Part shown: one piece after another, positions 8,886 to 15,499 of the stretch
Numbering within the stretch: the stretch's first letter is position 1
How the letters are laid out: each line of letters opens with the position of its first letter
Origin: a virus
Taxonomy: Duplodnaviria; Caudoviricetes
Direction: 5' to 3' (one strand)
Length of the DNA: 28,859 nt
Virus record (IMG/VR): IMGVR_UViG_3300007255_000006
Span: 1 to 28,859 of that record
Notes under the pieces: generated by a model
The model's database searches: none
What the model saw: the letters and a program-made list of their open reading frames with translations, nothing else
What the model was told of the DNA's origin: nothing
Made by a program: the position numbers and the translations under genes

Positions 8886-9125
8886 CTAGAAGCAAGCATC
8901 ACAGGAACAGTGTGCATGTTTACCTGACTCACAGTTAGGAGATGCCTTGTGTCTAGGAGCGAACACTTCATACATATTTCTGCCTGCCCTAACGGCTGGA
9001 TAGAAATGCTCAACACAAGTCTTACAACTTGGGTCTAATTCTTCTGCCCTTTCTAATTCTCTCATATAATCAAGAATTTCTTGTGTCACACGCATCTGAG
9101 GTGAGTTTGGCAAGTTCTCGTTCAT
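8886..9125 (-). CDS. small Cys/His-rich protein (start may be 9095)
   Basis: CKTC and C-terminal H..S..C.SG...HCSCDACF. Confidence 0.7.
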   Translation of the reverse strand: MNENLPNSPQMRVTQEILDYMRELERAEELDPSCKTCVEHFYPAVRAGRNMYEVFAPRHKASPNCESGKHAHCSCDACF

Positions 9126-9648
9126 ACTCTGCTCTCCTTGCAGCTAGATTTCCAATCTGGTAGTCTATATTAGCGATAGCTACTTTAAGCCATTCTTCTC
9201 TAGACTTCTCTTCTTCCTTCTTTACTTCTTCTTTAGTCTTACCCTTTACTCTCCATACTTTATCTACCTGCTGTGTAAGCCTAGCAGATGCACCAGCATT
9301 CATAGGCTCTTTAGTATGGTTGTCGATGAAGAATGCTATCTTCTCTTTAATCTCAACAGCCACGACATGATTTGGCACTGTAATGATATACATGCCGTCG
9401 CTGTTTATGAGTGCTGAAACCACACCGAATAGAGAGCGAGCAGGAACAGGAACTGGTTGTGCTTCAAATCCAAGTCTCTTAACGGCTTCAATCAGATGTG
9501 TAGTCTGGACACTCTTGATAACTCTCTGTCCTGATACAGCACTAATCGCTGCTGCACAGCTATCTGTGCTTCGTCCAGTTAATGCGGATAATACAGATGG
9601 ACCACAATACTGGTTAAGACCAAATATGTCGTTTAGGTTGCTAGTCAT
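9070..9648 (-). CDS. papain-fold (C39-like) cysteine peptidase-like protein with C-terminal coiled coil
   Basis: QYCGPSVLSAL (Cys), NHVVAV (His), FIDN (Asp); start placed at MTSNL (9648), 9660 is an alternative. Confidence 0.5.
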   Translation of the reverse strand: MTSNLNDIFGLNQYCGPSVLSALTGRSTDSCAAAISAVSGQRVIKSVQTTHLIEAVKRLGFEAQPVPVPARSLFGVVSALINSDGMYIITVPNHVVAVEIKEKIAFFIDNHTKEPMNAGASARLTQQVDKVWRVKGKTKEEVKKEEEKSREEWLKVAIANIDYQIGNLAARRAEYERELAKLTSDACDTRNS

Positions 9649-9987
9649 TCTTCTCTCCATTCGTTAACTTGATAATCTTCAATACTAATTCATTGCTCAA
9701 TGCTTCATCTAGCTTTATGGCAGCTTGAGTATAATTGTGTAGTTCCATTGAACCAGCTGTAACTGCTCTCAATTCCTTAGCAGCCTTCAGCATTTCCATT
9801 GCTGCTCTCCCAAATGCCATCTGACATGCGGTGATGATACTTACATACTCTTGTATGCTTGATAGATATATATCAAATACCTTCTTAGTCTCATCTGTTA
9901 CCTGTTTGACGAACTCTAGATGTTCTTTAGAATCTTATTGCAATGTTCGATATGCTGCAGCTCTGCTTGTGTTAAACCCTTATTCAT
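9641..9987 (-). pseudogene. frameshifted 115-aa helical protein gene (one-base deletion, sequencing error or programmed -1 shift)
   Basis: AAGGAG plus ATG at 9987 gives 23 codons then TAG at 9918-9916; the -1 frame from CTAAAG (9930-9925) is open to TAG at 9641. Confidence 0.65.
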
Positions 9988-9997
9988 AGGAATTCTC

Positions 9998-10036
9998 CTT
10001 CTACTAACCTTCTATTCTGCTTCTATTAACCTTCTA
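9998..10036. repeat. 4 x CTTCTA (TAGAAG on the coding strand) at exact 11-bp period
   Basis: Copies start at 9998, 10009, 10020 and 10031. Confidence 0.8.
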
Positions 10037-10246
10037 CTCCCTAGTCAAGTCAATAATGTCTGCGAGCATACGCAGAGATTCACTAAACTTGCTATGTCCT
10101 ATAGGCATATGGGTCATTATGATCATCCTTAACACTTGAGAGAACCACTCTCTTACTAGAATCTTGTCGTCACTGGATAGACCTGAGAGTTTAAGCCTAT
10201 CTTCTACGATGTTAGTAATATCATCGAAGTCTTTTAGAGGTGCCAT
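10034..10246 (-). CDS. hypothetical protein
   Basis: Co-oriented ORF with GAGGA upstream. Confidence 0.7.
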   Translation of the reverse strand: MAPLKDFDDITNIVEDRLKLSGLSSDDKILVREWFSQVLRMIIMTHMPIGHSKFSESLRMLADIIDLTRE

Positions 10247-10250
10247 CTCA

Positions 10251-10421
10251 TTATTCCTCTTTCATCCAGAAGATTAACATCGCAATAAAGGATGCACCCG
10301 CTGCTATAGCTAATTTAATGTCAGCCGTAACTGACGATACATAGAATGCTGCAATACCTAGTGGTATCCAGGCTAGACATGATATTAACCCTAACCAATC
10401 TAGTATAGGTTTCTTGTTCAT
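10251..10421 (-). CDS. small membrane protein with two predicted TM helices (start revised to MNKKP)
   Basis: Two hydrophobic stretches; GGAG before ATG at 10421. Confidence 0.7.
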   Translation of the reverse strand: MNKKPILDWLGLISCLAWIPLGIAAFYVSSVTADIKLAIAAGASFIAMLIFWMKEE

Positions 10422-10422
10422 C

Positions 10423-12018
10423 TTACAATCTCCATCTCTCACGTCCTTTCGTAACTAGCATCTCTGTTAACTCTTTCATGAGACTTTGTTGGTCCCATGC
10501 TATCTCTTTATTGTCCATAGTCGCTGCTACAATAGCACGTTTCGTTTCTACTAGCTCAGTGAAATACTCATCTATCGTTCCACTAGCTATCATATAGGTG
10601 ATAGATACACTATTCTGCTGTCCAAATCTATGGAATCTAGCCTCACCTTGTTCCTCACCGGCTGGATTCCATTGTCTCTCTAACATTACAGCGTCAGAAC
10701 AGAATTGAAGATTCAATCCCTCACCAGCAGCTAGAGTGCTAGCAATCATTACTCTGATGTTACTCTCTTTGAATTTACGAACTAGCTCAGCTCTTTGGTC
10801 TCCATTCAATCCTGAATGCAGGTGAGCGGCTGGCTCATATCCTCCTTCTTTTAACCAAGGATTAAGCTGTTCTTGCAGGAGTTGAGCTACGTCTTGATGA
10901 TGTGTGAATATTACTATCTTTCTATCACAAGATAGTAAGAATTCAGTTACGTGGTCTACACAAGCTTCTACTTTACTAATTCCTGTAATATGTCTAAGCC
11001 TTCCCATTATGGCTATTGTAGCCGCACCTTTCTCAAAACTATTCATATCATCATAGAATAAATCATCTAGCTCTTGTAAAGCCTTAGCATAGGCTTTATT
11101 CAGCTTAGGGTCTAAGTCTACATGATAGAATCGACGGTCTAATGGTGGTAAGTCTTTTAGAACTTGCTCTTTAGTTCTCCTAATGATAATGTCTTTTGTA
11201 TCTTCATGGAATCTCTCAGGATTCTTTAGTCCTCCTACTTTCAGAGCCCATCCGTTATTATATGAATCACAGTAGCCATCTATGTATCTCTGATACTGTG
11301 GGAATAATGTTGGTTTCACTAGATTGAGAACTGTAAAATACTCACCAGCATTATTTTTGATAGGAGTGCCAGACATTGGTATGTGATATTCACATTTCTT
11401 AGCTATCTTCTGGACTGCCTTAGCTCTGTCAGATAGATGATTTTTGATTCTCTGACACTCATCTATCACGATAGTCTTAAGGTTTGGAACAAATTCGAAT
11501 AGATCATCCTTTTTCAGCATGTCATAAGTGACGACATATATCTGAAAGCCTGGCATTGCCTTCTCTTTACCAGACTGGATGACTTGCGTTAGAAACCTTT
11601 TCTTTTCTTCTACAGTGCCATTGGGACAACAGATTCGATCTATTTCCCACATTGTCTGCAGTTTGATTGTGGTGGGAACTACGAAGACGGCTGGAAGGAT
11701 TTTGTCGTGGTGCAGACGGAACAAGCTTAGGACCTCGATGGTCTTACCTAATCCCTGCTCATCAGCTATAATGCAGTTAAAGTTAGACTCTTCAGCAAAC
11801 TTGATGCATTCTATCTGATATGGCCTGGGCTTTGCACCATCGCTAAATACGATTGAATCGTATATGGCTTCGTTCTTGGCAACGGCTGACTCATAACTCA
11901 TCAGATGACCACATGTCAGCCGTATTAGTGTGGTTACACCTAACTTGATTCTGCCGTCTTCAACGGCTATCTTGCCACATTTAGCACATTCAGTTTTGAT
12001 TATGGTTGATAGAGCCAT
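10423..12018 (-). CDS. SNF2-family helicase/translocase with N-terminal Zn-binding motif
   Basis: RPYQ, ADEQGLGKT, IDECQ, MSGTP, IRRTK, AAGEGLNLQ, WNP, QGEARFHRFGQ; N-terminal CAKC...CGH. Confidence 0.93.
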   Translation of the reverse strand: MALSTIIKTECAKCGKIAVEDGRIKLGVTTLIRLTCGHLMSYESAVAKNEAIYDSIVFSDGAKPRPYQIECIKFAEESNFNCIIADEQGLGKTIEVLSLFRLHHDKILPAVFVVPTTIKLQTMWEIDRICCPNGTVEEKKRFLTQVIQSGKEKAMPGFQIYVVTYDMLKKDDLFEFVPNLKTIVIDECQRIKNHLSDRAKAVQKIAKKCEYHIPMSGTPIKNNAGEYFTVLNLVKPTLFPQYQRYIDGYCDSYNNGWALKVGGLKNPERFHEDTKDIIIRRTKEQVLKDLPPLDRRFYHVDLDPKLNKAYAKALQELDDLFYDDMNSFEKGAATIAIMGRLRHITGISKVEACVDHVTEFLLSCDRKIVIFTHHQDVAQLLQEQLNPWLKEGGYEPAAHLHSGLNGDQRAELVRKFKESNIRVMIASTLAAGEGLNLQFCSDAVMLERQWNPAGEEQGEARFHRFGQQNSVSITYMIASGTIDEYFTELVETKRAIVAATMDNKEIAWDQQSLMKELTEMLVTKGRERWRL

Positions 12019-12224
12019 TAGCCTATCCTTTGCTTCGTCACTTCCGATACATAAGCTACTAAAGCTATTGATTGATAGTCAGGCTCGTAGTCAGTTTCAC
12101 TATCAGACTGAACATCACAATCTATATCATCACTAGCTTTATAAAAGGCTTCCATTTTACTATCAGCCTTAACAATAATCCTCTCATAAGTTACTATGCT
12201 TCTTGTTACTGTATAGTAAGCCAT
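12018..12224 (-). CDS. small acidic protein (start revised to MAYYTV)
   Basis: AAGGA upstream; I.VKADS..EA...A pattern is common in small phage proteins. Confidence 0.65.
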   Translation of the reverse strand: MAYYTVTRSIVTYERIIVKADSKMEAFYKASDDIDCDVQSDSETDYEPDYQSIALVAYVSEVTKQRIG

Positions 12225-12228
12225 ACTC

Positions 12229-12423
12229 TTATCCTTCACCCTCTTCATCCTGAATAGTGGTGTGAACTTCATCCTGACCAACAACAAATTCATCTTTAGA
12301 GTCTAGGATTCTCTTAGCCAATTTCTCTAGTTGTCTAAGTAACTCCATAGAATCTGTCTTAATAGGCCAATTTCTTATTGTCTCCGTTATGATTTCTCTT
12401 TGAGTGTAGTTTAAGCTACTCAC
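12229..12423 (-). CDS. hypothetical protein
   Basis: Co-oriented ORF with GTG start filling the gap. Confidence 0.6.
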   Translation of the reverse strand: MSSLNYTQREIITETIRNWPIKTDSMELLRQLEKLAKRILDSKDEFVVGQDEVHTTIQDEEGEG

Positions 12424-12431
12424 TGCTTATC

Positions 12432-13163
12432 TCACTTCGTAAAGGGATTAATGAATCCCGTTGGTTTCTCAGGTGCAAGCTCTGTCTCTCGAATGACAAC
12501 AGTATTTGTCTCTTCCACTATTGTCACTTCAACAGGTGGCGGAGCAATTGGAGGTTTAGGACCAAAAGGATTCACGAATGCAGGTGTGGGAGCAGCATTG
12601 TTATCGTCATTTTTCTTGTTAGAAGCCATACTCTTTATCCTCGCCAGAATAGTTCCAGCAGATACTTTAGCTTCGGCATCTTTCCTATCCATGCCAAGCT
12701 TAACCATTTGGTCTACAAGTTTCTCTTGCTTGGATATCTTTTTCTGACGCTCTTTGATGCGATTGATTGCGTCAGTTGTAATCTCGTCAGTCTGCAATGA
12801 TGTAGAGAAGCCAGTAGCTCCCTTTTCTTTATGAGATTTAGCTTTCCTAATGCGGTCTTCATCGTCTACAGCTGTGAGTCTTGCTCGTGCTTCAAATGCT
12901 ATCTTAGCCAATTCTTCTCTGTGAGCACGCAATTCTAGCATAGTCATTTCAGAGACTGCTTGCTTCTCTGAATTGAAGAACAATGCAAATAGCTCTTCTT
13001 GTGGTGTCACGATGAAATCCTTTGTTGTTATACGTTCACCGCACTCAATGCATATCCGCCTATTGGCTTGTTTGGCTTGCATACAACGGAGAATGAAACT
13101 ACCCAAATTAGACTCACGTTCATGTAAGTATAATTGAGTGCTAATCTCATTCTCTGTTAGCAT
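12432..13163 (-). CDS. hypothetical protein with Cys cluster, coiled coil and Pro-rich tail carrying two FxNPF motifs (start revised to MLTENEI)
   Basis: CIEC motif; long helical middle; revised start removes the overlap with 13174-13482. Confidence 0.75.
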   Translation of the reverse strand: MLTENEISTQLYLHERESNLGSFILRCMQAKQANRRICIECGERITTKDFIVTPQEELFALFFNSEKQAVSEMTMLELRAHREELAKIAFEARARLTAVDDEDRIRKAKSHKEKGATGFSTSLQTDEITTDAINRIKERQKKISKQEKLVDQMVKLGMDRKDAEAKVSAGTILARIKSMASNKKNDDNNAAPTPAFVNPFGPKPPIAPPPVEVTIVEETNTVVIRETELAPEKPTGFINPFTK

Positions 13164-13173
13164 CTTCAGCCGT

Positions 13174-13482
13174 CTAGCTCTCGTCGTCGCTTGTGCTAGT
13201 TCCAGTGTGTGCGGCCAGTTCTCCAATGGAGACATACTTAATCCGCCGCGTCGCTTTCAAGAGACTTGCAAGCTTGAAAATCAGAGACGCCGGAATCTCC
13301 AATTCATCATACTCGACTTCGTCTCCATCAACTTTTGCCACTTTCGAGAGAACTACCTTACCATTCTCTTTAATTGAGGCGTTCACTCCGTTATGTTCCA
13401 CGGTGAGAGGTGAATGCACATACCTCTTAATCTTCTGTTCACCTGAATCATCGTGCAGTGATGGCCTATTCTGAAATGACAT
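13174..13482 (-). CDS. hypothetical protein whose RBS lies inside hammerhead HH1
   Basis: GAGGT 7 nt before ATG at 13482. Confidence 0.8.
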   Translation of the reverse strand: MSFQNRPSLHDDSGEQKIKRYVHSPLTVEHNGVNASIKENGKVVLSKVAKVDGDEVEYDELEIPASLIFKLASLLKATRRIKYVSIGELAAHTGTSTSDDES

Positions 13483-13486
13483 ATTT

Positions 13487-13542
13487 ACTACCTCTTCAGG
13501 CCCGTCAATTCGGGCGACTGGCTTTCGCCAGTTTCTAGTAGC
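13487..13542 (-). ncRNA. type II hammerhead ribozyme HH1 (variant core)
   Basis: GCUACU-A-GAAA-CUGGC(GAAA)GCCAG-UC-GCCCG(AAUUGA)CGGGC-CUGAAGA-GGUAGU: three stems, CUGANGA and GAAA core, GUC site; predicted cut between 13516 and 13515. Confidence 0.85.
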
Positions 13543-13569
13543 TTAAAGCATTTCTAGTAGCTTAAAGCA
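13532..13569. repeat. perfect 19-bp tandem duplication TTTCTAGTAGCTTAAAGCA x2
   Basis: Copies at 13532-13550 and 13551-13569. Confidence 0.95.
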
Positions 13570-13726
13570 CTATTCTTATCTCTGCAATCGGAATTGATGT
13601 GACCTTAGCGGCTTGGTCCATAGCCTTTACTAACACTTCAAATATATCTCCTATGTCTATGCGATACGTTATGCTGTCTACCTGACTAGGACCGGGCATT
13701 TGCTCAAATATCACTTTTACTTTCAT
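13562..13726 (-). CDS. small protein, 54 aa (MKVKVIFEQMPGPSQVDSITYRIDIGDIFEVLVKAMDQAAKVTSIPIAEIRIVL)
   Basis: Manually translated; GGAGAGGT Shine-Dalgarno. Confidence 0.75.
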   Translation of the reverse strand: MKVKVIFEQMPGPSQVDSITYRIDIGDIFEVLVKAMDQAAKVTSIPIAEIRIVL

Positions 13727-13736
13727 CTTACCTCTC

Positions 13737-14108
13737 CTATCCTTTACGGTAACACCGTGTGCTAGGTTTATCGTGACTATCTCTGTCGAAGCAGATAAAG
13801 AAGTGCAGGTGATTCACGGCGAATTGAATCGCATAATACCATGCTGGATACGATATGATGCGACCACACAAACAGCAACGAACGGCTAATGGGGATAAGC
13901 CTGTTAGTGCTTCTGGCTGTGATAACAAAAGCTTAAAGAGCTTAACCTTATGCGGCCTGAGAGACAGCATGCCACTTCCCATATGCGCGATATGCTGTAG
14001 ATTTAGCCTATTACCAAGCACTATGTTAATAGATTTATTCTCTTCACTAGCGGCTCCTTCCATACCAATGCTAGCTAGTATGTCTCGTTTAGTGCTGTCA
14101 TCTATCAC
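13737..14108 (-). CDS. hypothetical Cys-containing protein, first gene after the 14295-14323 promoter
   Basis: GTG start with AGGAG upstream; CCLC...C...C. Confidence 0.7.
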   Translation of the reverse strand: MIDDSTKRDILASIGMEGAASEENKSINIVLGNRLNLQHIAHMGSGMLSLRPHKVKLFKLLLSQPEALTGLSPLAVRCCLCGRIISYPAWYYAIQFAVNHLHFFICFDRDSHDKPSTRCYRKG

Positions 14109-14165
14109 TTCTTTTAACTCCTATTCTTTAATTGATGTGTTGAGGGTGAAACCACATGATAACAT

Positions 14166-14205
14166 GCGGGTGAACGCGGGTGACGGCGGGTGAACGCGGG
14201 TGAAC
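14166..14205 (+). repeat. 4 x 10-bp tandem repeat GCGGGTGAAC (iteron-like)
   Basis: Three exact copies plus GCGGGTGACG. Confidence 0.95.
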
Positions 14206-14229
14206 GCCACGGGGCGACGTCGGAACGGC

Positions 14230-14258
14230 CGTAAGTGCTTGCATCGCAACGGGTTAGC
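14230..14258. promoter_or_regulatory. 29-bp motif copy 1 (TAA-N4-TTG...CAA-N4-TTA, inverted IHF-like half-sites)
   Basis: 23/29 identical to 16318-16346. Confidence 0.55.
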
Positions 14259-14294
14259 CCGCAAAGCGCGCATGAATAAACCTGCACGAGTGAG

Positions 14295-14323
14295 AGTATA
14301 GCACATCGACGTGGGGATGTCAA
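14295..14323 (-). promoter_or_regulatory. sigma70-type promoter for the replication arm
   Basis: TTGACA-17 bp-TATACT with extended -10 TG. Confidence 0.9.
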
Positions 14324-14351
14324 GTGTCCTATAGTGGTGACAGTTGGTTCT

Positions 14352-14422
14352 GTTCCCCTTATGTGTATCTCTTATATATAATATATATATTAAAATATAT
14401 AGAGAAGAAAAGAGGGGGGAAC
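14352..14422. other. A/T-only core inside a nested imperfect palindrome; candidate origin unwinding element
   Basis: 30 consecutive A/T bases at 14372-14401, flanked by TCTCT/AGAGA and GTTCCCC/GGGGAAC. Confidence 0.55.
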
Positions 14423-14530
14423 CCAAAAAGACCGACACCCCACCTTCGCATACTCCCACCCACGGAGGAACGCTTTCGCCCCGGTTTCTAACCTTTTTGC
14501 TGGCGTTTCTGCGAGTTTTCGCCCTTCTGG

Positions 14531-14580
14531 CGACGTCCGAAAACGTCCACTGGCGTCCACAGACGTGTGTAGACGTCCAC
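14531..14580 (-). repeat. 5 x degenerate 10-bp-period repeat, consensus nnACGTCCAC on plus (GTGGACG on minus)
   Basis: cgacgtccga aaacgtccac tggcgtccac agacgtgtgt agacgtccac, with CGT in phase in all five units. Confidence 0.8.
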
Positions 14581-14643
14581 CTGTCTTCACCAGCATGAAC
14601 CATTTCTATTGGCGTTTTGATATGGGAGACAGCTACAAACACA

Positions 14644-14681
14644 AATAGCCTGTTAAGGTTTTTACACCCTAACAGGCTATT
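14644..14681 (-). terminator. probable intrinsic terminator, possibly bidirectional
   Basis: AATAGCCTGTTAGGG/CCTTAACAGGCTATT stem followed by TGTGTTTGT on minus; T-rich tail on plus as well. Confidence 0.7.
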
Positions 14682-14706
14682 GAGTTTTATTTCTAGTCTG
14701 GAGAGT

Positions 14707-14799
14707 CTAGAAGACTAGAATCCCCCAAACAACCGTATCTGAAAGAACGTGAATGATTGGCATTGCGAAACCCCAAACGACCGTAAGCAATTCAAACAT
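14707..14799 (-). CDS. 30-aa hydrophobic peptide MFELLTVVWGFAMPIIHVLSDTVVWGILVF, RBS inside hammerhead HH2
   Basis: Manually translated; GAGGT 5 nt before ATG; lies between HH2 and a terminator. Confidence 0.6.
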   Translation of the reverse strand: MFELLTVVWGFAMPIIHVLSDTVVWGILVF

Positions 14800-14801
14800 T
14801 T

Positions 14802-14874
14802 GCTACCTCTTCAGGCCTGTTAATTCAGGCGAAGCCTGAGACGTTTTTTAGACGCCTCAAGCTTTTCTAGTAGC
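14802..14874 (-). ncRNA. type II hammerhead ribozyme HH2 (variant core)
   Basis: GCUACU-A-GAAA-AGCUUGAGGCGU(CUAAAAA)ACGUCUCAGGCU-UC-GCCUG(AAUUAA)CAGGC-CUGAAGA-GGUAGC; UUC site; predicted cut between 14831 and 14830. Confidence 0.85.
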
Positions 14875-14889
14875 TGAGTGCGAGCGGAG

Positions 14890-15345
14890 TTACGCTTTCT
14901 TCTGGCTTGCTTCGATTCCGGGCTTGATGAGTGCTACTGCGTCTTCGATAGTGACGCCTGTAGCATTGCTGTAGTTCCTCACTACGAGTCTGAACTGGCG
15001 TTGCACTTCGTCAGTCCACGTAGGATTGACGTATTCTGCAATCGGGTCAGATGCCGCAGTATATTGCGCGTCGTTGTAGCCGTCGATGAGGAATTGAACA
15101 ATCACTTTTTCATCGCTTGTCTTCGTGATGTCCATGAAATCCGACAGGCTTGATGGAAGCGTTTCAGGCTTGCTGTCATCGAATGCTTCCCACGAGATAA
15201 CCTTCGGATTCTTACCTCGCGTCTGACCTACGCGGACGCGCGTTCCTTTGCCAGTCCTAGCCTTGTTCGTTTCCTCTGCCTTGACCGTCATTTCCTTGAC
15301 GAGTGTTTCGCGGACGTCAGCAACGGATTCAGCAACTTGTGCCAT
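14890..15345 (-). CDS. hypothetical early protein (151 aa)
   Basis: Clean ORF downstream of its own promoter; C-terminus is paralogous to 15500-15679. Confidence 0.85.
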   Translation of the reverse strand: MAQVAESVADVRETLVKEMTVKAEETNKARTGKGTRVRVGQTRGKNPKVISWEAFDDSKPETLPSSLSDFMDITKTSDEKVIVQFLIDGYNDAQYTAASDPIAEYVNPTWTDEVQRQFRLVVRNYSNATGVTIEDAVALIKPGIEASQKKA

Positions 15346-15411
15346 TTTGTCACATCTCTTTCGGTTGTCAATGAGCCGACTGGCTTGGAGACATTCCGCG
15401 CCAGTAAGAAC

Positions 15412-15440
15412 AGTCTATCACAGATAGCCGTTCTCGTCAA
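15412..15440 (-). promoter_or_regulatory. sigma70-type promoter
   Basis: TTGACG-17 bp-TAGACT with extended -10 TG. Confidence 0.75.
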
Positions 15441-15491
15441 TAGGCAATTTTTACACTGCCTACTCACGAGACAGGCTATCACACCTGTCTC
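15441..15491 (-). terminator. two hairpins after the 59-aa gene; possible terminator or stability element
   Basis: GAGACAGG/CCTGTCTC and TAGGCAGT/ATTGCCTA inverted repeats; weak U tract. Confidence 0.4.
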
Positions 15492-15499
15492 TGAAACCA

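Noticed and set aside
14166-14205. Tandem repeats as a CRISPR array, with the Cas4-like nuclease as a cas gene
   Set aside because: Units are 10 bp with no spacers; no cas1/cas2; stand-alone Cas4-like nucleases are common in phage recombination modules
14230-14258. 29-bp motif as a XerCD dif site
   Set aside because: Lacks the TTATGTTAAAT XerD arm and no recombinase gene is in the window
14114-14642. ORF-track ORFs of 68-173 aa across the repeat region
   Set aside because: They run through a promoter, tandem repeats and the A/T core, lack a clear RBS and have repeat-derived sequence
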